22,570 nucleotides of DNA, from the NCBI GenBank assembly GCA_049424145.1, contig JBMSSC010000035.1:1-22570 (forward strand), read 5' to 3'. A program made the translations under genes and the position numbers. Shown here one piece after another: positions 7,960 to 17,275 of this stretch. Under the pieces are notes generated by a model that saw only the letters and a list, made by a program, of their open reading frames with translations, ran no database searches and was not told the DNA's origin. Each line of letters opens with the position of its first letter. The stretch's first letter is position 1. The DNA comes from Bdellovibrionia bacterium. GTDB taxonomy: Bacteria; Bdellovibrionota; UBA1018.

Positions 7960-9999
7960 ATGTTTGCCTTCACTAAAAATGAAATGAATAACGAGGGGAA
8001 AGCGTCTGTGATTTTAGCATCCGAATCAAAAAAATGGAGAAGTTCCTTCTTCATGAGTTGCGTTATTGTTTGTTCTTTATTGATTATTTTGAGTTGTACT
8101 TCCTTAAGAAGTGCAATTGATATTCCTACTTTTCATTTGGATGGAGCCTTTCAGACTGCTAGTGGTCTTTTTAGGTTAGATTCTGGGCAGATGCCAGGGC
8201 GTGACTTTTTTCCGTATTTAGGGATTGGCCCGCTTTTTTTACTTTTTCCTTTTTTTAAAATATTTGGAGCAAAATTATTTGCAAGTGTCTTTTCAGCGAA
8301 ATTCGTCACCTTAACGGCAGGTTGGCTAATTTTTTCCTTCCTTTGGCACCTAATTTTTATTCCGAGGCGGGTTTTGTTTTCATTGGCTGGAGGAGCAACT
8401 TTTTTTTTCTTGTGCCTCTGGAGTGTAGACCAATTACCTGAGCAGAGTCGATTTTCTTTTTTGTTTTCTCCGGGAAATTCTCTCAGGCCGATTCGCTCTT
8501 TTGCGCCCTATTGGGTTGCAGCAGGAATCTATTTCGCTATTCAAAAGCTTCGAAGAGGGGCTTTGTGTGATGTTCTTGTGGGGTCGATAATTGGACTTTC
8601 TCTTCTATGGTCTAACGATTTTGCCCTCCCCAGTGGCTTTTTATTTTGCCTTTTTTATTTTTTCTATCTGCATTCTCAACGCTGTGATTTGAAAAAAAGC
8701 TTTGTTCGAGTGATCCCCACTGCGGGCTTGGTGATGTTTTTGATATTGAGTCTCGTTACTCAGGGTTACCCGGTTCAAATGCTAAAATACAACTTTCTTG
8801 ATGTTGCAAGGGATCAGTGGTGGTTTTTTGGTCCCTATAGCCCAGCTCGGCGAGTATTTGAGGCTTGGCAAGTTCTCTGGTTATTCTATCGGTCAAACAT
8901 TTATTCAATGACCATTTTGGTGATTTCATTTATTTCAATGATCAAGAAAAATAACAATGAATCACAACTTCTTTTTTTTATTGGAATGACGCTGTTTTTA
9001 GGAGGAAGTCTTGCTTCGCTCGGTGGGCACCTAGAATATGCCTATTTTTATGCTTTTCATTGGTGGTCATGGATCATGACTTTTTTTTGTGGATTTAGGG
9101 TGATTCAGAATTTTTTGCTAAAAAGAAACCAGGTTGCCTCTCTAATTGATATCACCCTCTTCAATCGATTTCTCTTGGTCTTAATGGTTTTTTTTCTAGG
9201 TGCAGCCGCAAGTGGGTTTGCTCATTATCAACGCGAATTAAAGGTGGCAAGTCGAGATCCCAGTCGGTTCTTTGTCGAGGAGTTAGGCGGCTACCTGGAT
9301 CAGAGCTGGTCAAATTACATTTCTTATTCGCGTCAGGCGAAAGATAAAAAAATAATCGAAGAATATTTTGGGATCTTCAGTGCTATGAATAGAAGTCTTC
9401 CTCCATGGCCTGTTGACTCCGTTATCCACGCTTTAGGACGTGTTCGGGACGAGGCTGCATCGAAGATGTCTGAGGTAGATCTCGTGGTATCAACCCGATA
9501 CGTAACTTCAAGAGATTGGCAACCGTGGAACTTGAGTCAGAGCTTTTGGTTCTATGAGCAGCTCCTGAATCGTTGGGAGCCAGATTTTACCTCTCCCAAT
9601 ACGGTGGTTTGGCGGAAGAGTCCTTCCCCTCGAATCCATGAAAAAGTCGGCTGTCGAATCACTGAGCAGCAAAATGCCTTCTTTCTTGATTCAGACCTAG
9701 AGGGCTATTACGCTGTTCGTGTTACATACGAATCAACAGGTGCGGGGCGTTCTCTTTTGATGCTGAAGAATAATATCTCTTATGCAGCAGATGCCCGAGG
9801 TTACGTTTCATTGCCGCACGGTCGTTCAACGGTTATGATCCCTGTGCTGATTCAGAACAAGTTAGACAACTTTTTTGACTTAAAAATTATTGGGGGTTAT
9901 AAGGATTCGTACCATTCTTCGATTACGGCTTGTGAGGCAGAGCGGATTAGTTTCAAAGGGAATGATGTGTTACCCAGTCATCCTTGGAGGCCACTTTAA
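7960..9999 (+). CDS. Large polytopic membrane protein, putative GT-C glycosyltransferase
   Basis: 679 aa. First loop HLDGAFQTASGLFRLDSGQMPGRDFFPYLGIGP resembles the D.G...RL..G..P.RDFF...GP loop of ArnT-like proteins. Multi-TM core plus a soluble C-terminal domain of about 250 aa. Confidence 0.6.
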   Translation: MFAFTKNEMNNEGKASVILASESKKWRSSFFMSCVIVCSLLIILSCTSLRSAIDIPTFHLDGAFQTASGLFRLDSGQMPGRDFFPYLGIGPLFLLFPFFKIFGAKLFASVFSAKFVTLTAGWLIFSFLWHLIFIPRRVLFSLAGGATFFFLCLWSVDQLPEQSRFSFLFSPGNSLRPIRSFAPYWVAAGIYFAIQKLRRGALCDVLVGSIIGLSLLWSNDFALPSGFLFCLFYFFYLHSQRCDLKKSFVRVIPTAGLVMFLILSLVTQGYPVQMLKYNFLDVARDQWWFFGPYSPARRVFEAWQVLWLFYRSNIYSMTILVISFISMIKKNNNESQLLFFIGMTLFLGGSLASLGGHLEYAYFYAFHWWSWIMTFFCGFRVIQNFLLKRNQVASLIDITLFNRFLLVLMVFFLGAAASGFAHYQRELKVASRDPSRFFVEELGGYLDQSWSNYISYSRQAKDKKIIEEYFGIFSAMNRSLPPWPVDSVIHALGRVRDEAASKMSEVDLVVSTRYVTSRDWQPWNLSQSFWFYEQLLNRWEPDFTSPNTVVWRKSPSPRIHEKVGCRITEQQNAFFLDSDLEGYYAVRVTYESTGAGRSLLMLKNNISYAADARGYVSLPHGRSTVMIPVLIQNKLDNFFDLKIIGGYKDSYHSSITACEAERISFKGNDVLPSHPWRPL

Positions 10000-10263
10000 G
10001 CGGATCTAATACTCCTCCCAGTTCAGTAGTAGACTTCCGTGTTTCTGAGTGACCAAAGGATGGAAAAGAGCTTGTGCAGTGGAAAGTATACAATAGCTGG
10101 GAGTATAACGACCGTTCGATGTCTCTGGGAGACCTGAGTCGGGTTTGGTTGTTATCAAGGCTTCGGTAGGTATTCTAGAGCGGTTCTAGATTGATTAAAA
10201 AATCATACTCCGAGTTGAGGGGCAGGCATTCTGAGAATGCTCGGGTGAAATTGAGGTGTTTGA

Positions 10264-11064
10264 ATGAGTAATGCACTAATTGGGTATTCTGGATTTGTCG
10301 GAGGAACACTTTTAAGACAGGCGTCGTTTGATGCTCTTTATCGCTCTACGAATATCGATCAGATCGATCATCGTGAATTCGATCAGGTGGTCTGTGCAGG
10401 CGCTCCTGCTCAGAAGTGGCTTGCCAATCGTAATCCTCAGGACGATCGACGTCAGATTGAGTCGCTGATTTCTCATCTCAAGCAGGTGAGATGCAATCGC
10501 TTCATCTTAATCAGTACGGTGGATGTTTTTAAGAGTCCCAAGGGAGTTCATGAGGGCACTGAAGTTGACGAAGGCGGCCTCCATCCATACGGTCTTCATC
10601 GACGATGGCTGGAGAAGTTTGTTGAGGGGCATTTTCCCAACCACTTGATTGTCCGTCTTCCGGGGCTCGTAGGCCCAGGTTTGCGAAAGAATGTGATTTT
10701 TGATTTTCTCAATCAGAATAACATTCATGCGATTGAAAGCCGGAGCGTGTTTCAGTTTTATCCCATGGTTAATTTGTGGTTTGATGTTCAGGCCGCTCTG
10801 CAGAAGGGGCTTCATCTGATCCACCTGACTGCTGAACCTGTTTCTGTTGCCGATGTTGCCCTCCAAGGCTTTGGCCGATCGTTCGCTCAGAGATTAGAGA
10901 GTCAGCCGGTTTGTTATGATATGCAGACCCAGTATGCGGAAGTGTTTGGAGCCAAGGGGCGTTACCAATATTCTGCGCGAGAGACCTTTCAGGCAATTCG
11001 AGCGTACGCTCAGTCGGAGTCGAACACACTCAAGGCAGCTTCCGCTCAGGGTGAGCTCCGATGA
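10264..11064 (+). CDS. Atypical SDR / NAD-dependent epimerase-reductase family protein
   Basis: LIGYSGFVGG Rossmann motif, LISTVDVF and IVRLPGLVG. YGLHR replaces the YxxxK catalytic motif. GAGGTG SD upstream. Confidence 0.85.
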   Translation: MSNALIGYSGFVGGTLLRQASFDALYRSTNIDQIDHREFDQVVCAGAPAQKWLANRNPQDDRRQIESLISHLKQVRCNRFILISTVDVFKSPKGVHEGTEVDEGGLHPYGLHRRWLEKFVEGHFPNHLIVRLPGLVGPGLRKNVIFDFLNQNNIHAIESRSVFQFYPMVNLWFDVQAALQKGLHLIHLTAEPVSVADVALQGFGRSFAQRLESQPVCYDMQTQYAEVFGAKGRYQYSARETFQAIRAYAQSESNTLKAASAQGELR

Positions 11065-11888
11065 GACTTGCCATCTCGAATATTGCATGGGACGTTTCTG
11101 AAGATGAAGCAGTGGTTGACCTTTTAAGGCAGTATGGGTTGGATGCCATCGACATAGCGCCTGGAAAGTACTTCTCTCATCCACGTGAAACGTCTCTGGC
11201 TCAGATTGAGAAAGTCCGAAGTTGGTGGTCAGATCGCGGTTTTGAGATCACGGGAATGCAGGCCCTGTTATTTGGTACGGTAGGCCTCAATTGTTTTGGT
11301 TCTCCCGCTGTTCAGGAAGCTATGCTGGAACACTTATCCGCTATTTGTCGGATTGGTTCTGCCCTCGGGGCTAAGCGACTTGTTTTCGGATCCCCAAAAA
11401 ATCGCGATCGGAGTGGTTTGAGTGATGACGAGGCGCTCGAGGCGGCAGCCGGTTTTTTTAGGCAGCTCGGACAGATTGCATTGAGCCATGGGGTTATCAT
11501 TTGCTTGGAGCCCAATCCCGCTGCATATGGGGCCAACTTTATGACTACCAGTTCAGAAACTGCTCATGTGGTGAGGAAGATTGACCACCCCGCCATTCGA
11601 ATGCAGCTCGATACCGGGGCACTAAGCATGAATGGCGAATCGATTGAGTCGGTGCTGAAGGATTGTGCGGATTGGATTGGTCATATCCATGCCAGTGAAC
11701 CTCATCTCGTCCCTCTTGGGGATAGTGGCACGGACCATGGACGCTTGAGAGCCGCTCTTCAAAAGTATGCTCACTTGGAGTTGGTCTCAATTGAGATGCT
11801 GGCAACCCAAGGTGAGCCTCATCTCAAGGCGATTGAGCGTGCCTTGGTCTATGCAACAAGTGCTTATGATTCATTGCGAATGAATTGA
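11061..11888 (+). CDS. Sugar phosphate isomerase/epimerase (xylose-isomerase-like TIM barrel)
   Basis: Metal-ligand pattern CLEPN, QLDTG, HIHASE and SIEM. ATGA overlap with the upstream SDR. Confidence 0.85.
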   Translation: MRLAISNIAWDVSEDEAVVDLLRQYGLDAIDIAPGKYFSHPRETSLAQIEKVRSWWSDRGFEITGMQALLFGTVGLNCFGSPAVQEAMLEHLSAICRIGSALGAKRLVFGSPKNRDRSGLSDDEALEAAAGFFRQLGQIALSHGVIICLEPNPAAYGANFMTTSSETAHVVRKIDHPAIRMQLDTGALSMNGESIESVLKDCADWIGHIHASEPHLVPLGDSGTDHGRLRAALQKYAHLELVSIEMLATQGEPHLKAIERALVYATSAYDSLRMN

Positions 11889-12003
11889 CTAGCAGGGTCC
11901 TTGAGCTTTTTGCAGTAAAATTGGGTTTTAAACTGAGCAATGGCTCGTATTGACTGGAGTGATTGAAGTATGAGTGGTCTGAGTTTAACCGAGAGCGAGT
12001 CTT

Positions 12004-12858
12004 ATGATGAACCCATCTGAAAATAATCGATTTGCCCACCGAGATGAATGGCAAGTGCCAGACATGGAAGTTGTTTATTGGGAGGGAAAACGCTCAAAGT
12101 ATTGTGTGGTAATCCCCGTCATTAACGAGGGTGAGCGGATTAAAAGCCTTCTCAAGCGAATGGAAGTGCTCCGTATTTCAGAGTGTTCAGACATTATTCT
12201 AGTCGATGGTGGCAGCACAGATGGCTCTTTAGAGGTGCAGTCACTGCAGCGGCTTGCTGTGAGGGGACTCGTTGTTAAGCGAGGTCCGGGTAAATTAAGT
12301 GCTCAACTGAGATGTGCTTACGCATTTGCTCTTGATCAGGGATATGAGGGCATTGTCACGATTGATGGTAATGACAAAGACGACCCTGAGGCCATTCCAC
12401 GCTTTTTGATCGCTCTTGATGAAGGCGTTGATTTTGTGCAGGCCTCTCGCTTTATTCAAGGGGGGGTTGCTGAAAATACCCCACGGTCAAGAGATTTTGC
12501 AATTCGATACATTCATGCGCCTTGTCTGAGTTGGGCCTCAGGGTTTAAATGGACGGATACGACTCAAGGTTTTAGGGCTTATAGTCGAAGAATTCTGCTT
12601 GACCCGCAAGTGGCGCCTTTTCGAGATATTTTTTTAAGCTATGAGCTTCTCGCTTATCTCTCCTATAAGGCGCCCAAGTTGGGCTATAGGTGCATGGAAA
12701 TTCCTACTATTAGGCGGTATCCTGTTGGAGAGGTTCCAACAAAAATTAGTGGTTTGAAAGGAAATTGGGCTGTTTTAATCACTCTAATTCGTACATGTGT
12801 GGGTAGGTATGATGTTATTGACGATGGCCAAGCGGTTATGAAGGCGGCAAACCGTTAG
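12004..12858 (+). CDS. Dolichol/polyprenol-phosphate glycosyltransferase-like GT2, no TM helices
   Basis: VVIPVINEG, ILVDGGSTDGS, TIDGNDKDDP, VQASRFIQGG and TDTTQGFRAYS are DPM1-like motifs. Confidence 0.85.
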   Translation: MMNPSENNRFAHRDEWQVPDMEVVYWEGKRSKYCVVIPVINEGERIKSLLKRMEVLRISECSDIILVDGGSTDGSLEVQSLQRLAVRGLVVKRGPGKLSAQLRCAYAFALDQGYEGIVTIDGNDKDDPEAIPRFLIALDEGVDFVQASRFIQGGVAENTPRSRDFAIRYIHAPCLSWASGFKWTDTTQGFRAYSRRILLDPQVAPFRDIFLSYELLAYLSYKAPKLGYRCMEIPTIRRYPVGEVPTKISGLKGNWAVLITLIRTCVGRYDVIDDGQAVMKAANR

Positions 12859-12898
12859 TTGTGGGCTACTTCATCTTGATCGCACTTGATTTCAGTCT

Positions 12899-13960
12899 TG
12901 GTGAGCTCTGTAACTTTCAGAGGTCATTGGACTAAAGTTTTTGTATACCATTCGATGGTTTTGGTGAGTCCAGTTTCAAAACCATATGAGGGCTTCCAAT
13001 TTAATAGATTTTTCGCCTTATCGCTATTGAGACATTGCACGGGAATTTCATTGGAGGCTTGGTCTAAGACTTGAGGCTCAAGATCTGTGCGGTTCATTAG
13101 TGAGAGAATCGCATTGACGACGTCAATGACTTTAAGTCTGAGTCCATAAGAAAAGTTAAATGCCTCACCCGCAAAGGCTCCGCTACTCATCTTTTGTGCC
13201 AAAGTTAGGTACGCATGGACACCATCTTCTACAAAAAGGTAATCCCGAATCAGCTGTCCGTTGCTCCGAATGATGGGTTTCTTGTTAGAAAGAACACTTC
13301 GAATCGTTCCTGGAATAATACGACTATAATTTAAGTCTCCGGGTCCAAAGAAGTTCCCGCATCGAGTGACAGTTAAGGGTAGACCATAGGAGACGAAATA
13401 CGATCGGGCAATGAGGTCGGAGCAGGATTTTGAAACATCGTAGGGATGTTCTCCGTTTAGAGGGAAGCATTCGTCGTAAGCTTCTCCTTTCAGATTACCA
13501 TAGGCCTTATCCGACGAGGCGAGGATCACACGTTGAATCCGTTTTTGGTGCACTCGGCAAGCTTCTAGGAGATTCCAGGTGCCTTCAATATTGGCCTTAA
13601 ACGTGGCTAAGGGGCTTTGGTTGGCTTGCCCGACTAAGGTCTGAGCCGCCAGGTGGAACACAGTATCGATCTCATATTCGTTTAAAATTCTCTCCAATAG
13701 AGCGTAGTCTTCGATTGCTCCCCGAACTGAAATAACCTTGCTGAAGAGGTTCCAGTCTGACTCACGTGAGTAAAAAAGGGATTGAGGAATTGAATCTCTT
13801 ACTAAGGCTACGACCTGTGCTCCAGAATGAACTAAGGCTTTTGTAAGATGTGAGCCTAAAAGGCCCGTTGCACCGGTGATGAAAACTTTTGAGTTTTTCC
13901 AAGACTCCGAGGTATTCTTATGACTCATCAGCATCTGGAGAAAGTTACTGAAATTCACCA
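12899..13960. repeat. Imperfect inverted repeat pair (12899-12918 and 13940-13960) bracketing the RfbG-like gene
   Basis: Left arm TGGTGA-GCTCT-GTAACTTTC; right arm reverse-complemented TGGTGA-ATTTCA-GTAACTTTC. Confidence 0.4.
12924..13934 (-). CDS. CDP-glucose 4,6-dehydratase-like extended SDR (RfbG/DdhB-like)
   Basis: W...KVFITGATGLLG, VFHLAAQ, SSDKAYG and YDVSK; adjacent to rfbF. Start probably ATG 13934 or 13928 rather than 13961. Confidence 0.75.
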   Translation of the reverse strand: MLMSHKNTSESWKNSKVFITGATGLLGSHLTKALVHSGAQVVALVRDSIPQSLFYSRESDWNLFSKVISVRGAIEDYALLERILNEYEIDTVFHLAAQTLVGQANQSPLATFKANIEGTWNLLEACRVHQKRIQRVILASSDKAYGNLKGEAYDECFPLNGEHPYDVSKSCSDLIARSYFVSYGLPLTVTRCGNFFGPGDLNYSRIIPGTIRSVLSNKKPIIRSNGQLIRDYLFVEDGVHAYLTLAQKMSSGAFAGEAFNFSYGLRLKVIDVVNAILSLMNRTDLEPQVLDQASNEIPVQCLNSDKAKNLLNWKPSYGFETGLTKTIEWYTKTLVQ

Positions 13961-13977
13961 TGGGAGTCTAATAAAAT

Positions 13978-14838
13978 ATGACAAAACCAGCAGAGGTGCC
14001 CGTCTTTATTCTGGCCGGGGGTTTGGGTACGAGAATTTCCGAAGAAACCAATTTAAGACCTAAGCCGATGATCGAGGTCGGCGATATACCCATCTTGGTT
14101 CATATCATGCGTTGGTATTATGCACATGGCTTCAATGATTTTGTCATTTGTGGGGGGTATCGATCTTGGGAGATTAAACAGTACTTTTTAAACTACGAGT
14201 TTCGTGTGAATCATCTTCTCATTGACCATAGAGAGGGTGGTTTGAGCGCCTTGACTCAGAAAAAAAAGCGAGTGGCTGATATTATGGGTCAAAATCAGGC
14301 TCAAGAGCGTTGGCGTATCCGGGTGATTGATACGGGTTTAAATTGCATGACAGGGGGCCGGATTGCACGAGCATTCGATGAGATTCATGGGAGCGATCGA
14401 TTTGAACACTTTGCGATTACCTATGGAGATGGAGTTTCCGATGTCCCCTTGGGTCGGGAGCTGGAGTTTCACTTGGAGCATCAGAGAATTGGAACCGTCT
14501 TAGGTGTAACTCCGTTAGCCCGGTTTGGAGAGCTCGAAGTGAACTCAGATGGACGCGTCGATGGATTTTTAGAGAAACCTGAGATGAACCAAGGTTCAAT
14601 CAATGGGGGTTTTTTTTTCATGAAGCGTCAGTTTAGGGAATTTCTTAGCACGGATGCGACTTGTATCTTGGAGCGACAGCCCCTGGCCACTCTTGCTCAA
14701 AGGGGAGAACTCATGATGTTTAAAAATCCAGGATTTTGGCACCCCATGGATACGCTTCGGGATAAAAACTACCTGCAGGAGCTCTGGGATAAGGGAAACC
14801 CTCCCTGGCTCTATCGGTCGGGAGTTAGTCGGTCTTGA
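13978..14838 (+). CDS. rfbF: Glucose-1-phosphate cytidylyltransferase
   Basis: ILAGGLGTRISEET..RPKPMIEVG, DTGLNCMTGGRI, TYGDGVSD, INGGFF and FWHPMDTLRDK..L.ELW...PPW. Confidence 0.92.
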   Translation: MTKPAEVPVFILAGGLGTRISEETNLRPKPMIEVGDIPILVHIMRWYYAHGFNDFVICGGYRSWEIKQYFLNYEFRVNHLLIDHREGGLSALTQKKKRVADIMGQNQAQERWRIRVIDTGLNCMTGGRIARAFDEIHGSDRFEHFAITYGDGVSDVPLGRELEFHLEHQRIGTVLGVTPLARFGELEVNSDGRVDGFLEKPEMNQGSINGGFFFMKRQFREFLSTDATCILERQPLATLAQRGELMMFKNPGFWHPMDTLRDKNYLQELWDKGNPPWLYRSGVSRS

Positions 14839-15895
14839 TCAGAGGAATTTTTCTTTGGGACGCATGCCACTTGAATGTTCTTAAAAGGGCCTCCCTGAGG
14901 GGAATCTGAAGCGACAGGCCGAGTTCCTTTTTGGCTCTTTCTGTCTCAGGTACGTAGCGGGAGATTGAGGCGTCATTCTTGGGCTTCACTAGTAATCGGG
15001 GTTGGATGAGCTGACCGGAGAGTTCGAACCAGGCTTCACTTACGCTCTGAGCGAGAGCTGCAATGTTGACTGATTCCTCTGATCCAACGTTATAGCTCCT
15101 TAGGTTCTCACCAAAGGTGAGTATTTTGAGTAACCAAGTGACTAAGTCCGTAGGGTACATATAGGATCGACAGGGGGTTCCATCTCCCGTTATGAGGATA
15201 TCTCGTCCAGACAGGCAGTCGTTGATGAAGTTGCCGACAGCAAAATGTCGATCCAGTGGAAGGTAAGGACCAACGAAGGAAAAGCAGCGCGCAAAGCTCA
15301 CGAGCTGTCCCGTCTCCTTGAAATGAAACGTGCCCATGAGTTCCGAGACACGTTTGCCCTCTCCATAGGCGCTTGAGCTCAGGTGGGTTTCAGGTGCAGT
15401 GAGGGTCTCATCGGGTTGATGGATCTGCTGTGATTCCTGTTTTCCGTAGACAGCACCAGAGCTAACGATTAAAATTTTCTCAGGTTTGCTTTGCTTGCAG
15501 TTTTCAAGCAGGTTCTTTGTGCCGTTAACAATAACGTCAAACATTTGAGAAGGCTGCTCTTGATTTAGGCTTGCGCTTGCATCAGTTGCAGCATGAATGA
15601 CGTAGTCGGTTTTCTTTGTCCATTTAAATTCTCGAATATCCCCAGTGATAAATTGGATCCCACGTGCTTGAAAATCAGGGAAATCCGTAAGAAAAGATGA
15701 TGGGTTTCTCGAGAGAACATGGATCTTCAGATTTAAATCACAATGCGAATTGGCATAATCGAGGAAACCTAAAATCCACTTACCAAAAAAACCCGTTCCG
15801 CCCGTGAGAAGCAGAGATCTCCCTTGAAGTTTTTCTAGGGAAGGCTTGCTTTGTCTACCAATGAGATTAAAGTCAAAGTTTAGGAACTCTTTCAT
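14825..15895 (-). CDS. NAD-dependent epimerase/dehydratase family SDR; candidate YerF-like reductase
   Basis: LLTGGTGFFG, VIHAA, SSGAVYG, YGEGK and ARCFSFVGP. Start set at ATG 15895 (MKEFLNF) to avoid overlap with ddhC. The 3' end overlaps rfbF by 14 bp. Confidence 0.8.
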   Translation of the reverse strand: MKEFLNFDFNLIGRQSKPSLEKLQGRSLLLTGGTGFFGKWILGFLDYANSHCDLNLKIHVLSRNPSSFLTDFPDFQARGIQFITGDIREFKWTKKTDYVIHAATDASASLNQEQPSQMFDVIVNGTKNLLENCKQSKPEKILIVSSGAVYGKQESQQIHQPDETLTAPETHLSSSAYGEGKRVSELMGTFHFKETGQLVSFARCFSFVGPYLPLDRHFAVGNFINDCLSGRDILITGDGTPCRSYMYPTDLVTWLLKILTFGENLRSYNVGSEESVNIAALAQSVSEAWFELSGQLIQPRLLVKPKNDASISRYVPETERAKKELGLSLQIPLREALLRTFKWHASQRKIPLIKTD

Positions 15896-15934
15896 TGCTA
15901 AATCTTCTTTTCCTAGGATACCAAAAAAAATAGT

Positions 15935-17275
15935 ATGAAAACGAATGAAAACAATCCGCTCCGAAGTCAAATTCTCTCACTTTCTCGGGTTTTTTTCCAA
16001 GAATCTCTTCGAGCGAAGGAATTTATTCCAGGCGAATCATATGTTCCTGTGACGGCAAAAGTGATGGATGGGGACGACCTAGCTCATCTCGTGGACGCAT
16101 CGTTGGACCTCTGGCTTACGGCGGGAAGGTTTTCTAGGGAGTTTGAAGCCAGGCTACCCACTCTTTTCTCCAGAAAGACAAGCGCACTTTTAGTCAACAG
16201 TGGTTCGAGTGCCAATCTCATTGCCGTCTCAAGTTTGGGCGCTCAGATGTTACCGGGACTCAAGCTGCGGCCCTTGGAAAAAGGCGACGAGGTGATCACA
16301 GCGGCTGCTGCTTTTCCAACGACGGTGAATCCAATCATACAGAATCAATGGGTCCCTGTTTTTGTTGATGTCGAACAAAGAACTATGAACGTTAGCCTGG
16401 AGGCTCTCCAGGCTGCACGGACTCCAAAGACACGAGCGGTGGTTCTTGCCCATACTCTGGGAAACCCCTTTCGGGCGGATCGCATTGCGCAGTGGTGCCA
16501 AGAAGAGGGCCTTTATTTAGTGGAGGACTGCTGTGACGCGCTGGGTGCAACTATTGGAGATGCTCCTGTAGGTTCCTTTGGAGAGTTTGCCACGTTGAGC
16601 TTTTATCCTGCTCATCACGTGACGATGGGCGAGGGGGGCGCGGTGATTCCTAAAGATGGTCGCTGGAGGAGGGTTGCTGAAAGTCTCAGAGATTGGGGAC
16701 GCGATTGCTGGTGTGAGCCAGGGGTGGATAACACCTGTAAGAAGCGCTATGAATGGAGTTTAGGCGAATTGCCCTGTGGGTACGATCATAAATATACCTA
16801 TTCGAATATTGGGTATAATTTAAAAGCAACAGACATGCAGGCGGCTTTGGGCTTATCTCAACTCAAGAAGCTAAGTGGATTTGTCCAGCGGAGAAGAGAG
16901 AATTGGAAAAGTTTAGAAGCAGGAATCAAAACTTCAAAACTCTTGACCGAACACCTAACCCCGATTGTTCCAACTGAGGAGACGAATCCAAGTTGGTTTG
17001 GCTTTCCAATGTATTGCTCGGGTGCATTAGATCGCGACAAGCTGGTTCGACTTTTGGAACAGAAAAAAGTTGGAACACGTCTGGTTTTTGGGGGGAATTT
17101 AACCAAGCAGCCTGCCTATAAAAGCGCTGTGTATCGAGTCTCAGGTGAGCTAAAAGTAACCGATCAAATCATGAGAAAAGCTTTTTGGGTTGGGGTTCAT
17201 CCTGCACTGGGCGATCGCCAGATTCAATACGTCCTTGAGGTTTTGGAACAGTGTGTTCGTTCTCTGCTTGAGTGA
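15935..17275 (+). CDS. rfbH: CDP-4-keto-6-deoxy-D-glucose 3-dehydrase (E1, RfbH/DdhC)
   Basis: NSGSSANL and EDCCDALG. SFYPAHHVTMGEGG has His in place of the Schiff-base Lys, the E1 hallmark. WGRDCWC.PG.DNTC Fe-S motif and GYDHKYTY. Confidence 0.95.
   Translation: MKTNENNPLRSQILSLSRVFFQESLRAKEFIPGESYVPVTAKVMDGDDLAHLVDASLDLWLTAGRFSREFEARLPTLFSRKTSALLVNSGSSANLIAVSSLGAQMLPGLKLRPLEKGDEVITAAAAFPTTVNPIIQNQWVPVFVDVEQRTMNVSLEALQAARTPKTRAVVLAHTLGNPFRADRIAQWCQEEGLYLVEDCCDALGATIGDAPVGSFGEFATLSFYPAHHVTMGEGGAVIPKDGRWRRVAESLRDWGRDCWCEPGVDNTCKKRYEWSLGELPCGYDHKYTYSNIGYNLKATDMQAALGLSQLKKLSGFVQRRRENWKSLEAGIKTSKLLTEHLTPIVPTEETNPSWFGFPMYCSGALDRDKLVRLLEQKKVGTRLVFGGNLTKQPAYKSAVYRVSGELKVTDQIMRKAFWVGVHPALGDRQIQYVLEVLEQCVRSLLE

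Noticed and set aside
7715..14620. A9/T9 homopolymers in coding regions as phase-variation tracts
   Set aside because: All frames are intact, such A/T runs are common throughout the window, and there are no long G/C tracts.
15896..15970. Head-to-head coding overlap between the SDR and rfbH
   Set aside because: Disappears if the SDR starts at ATG 15895, the more plausible start.
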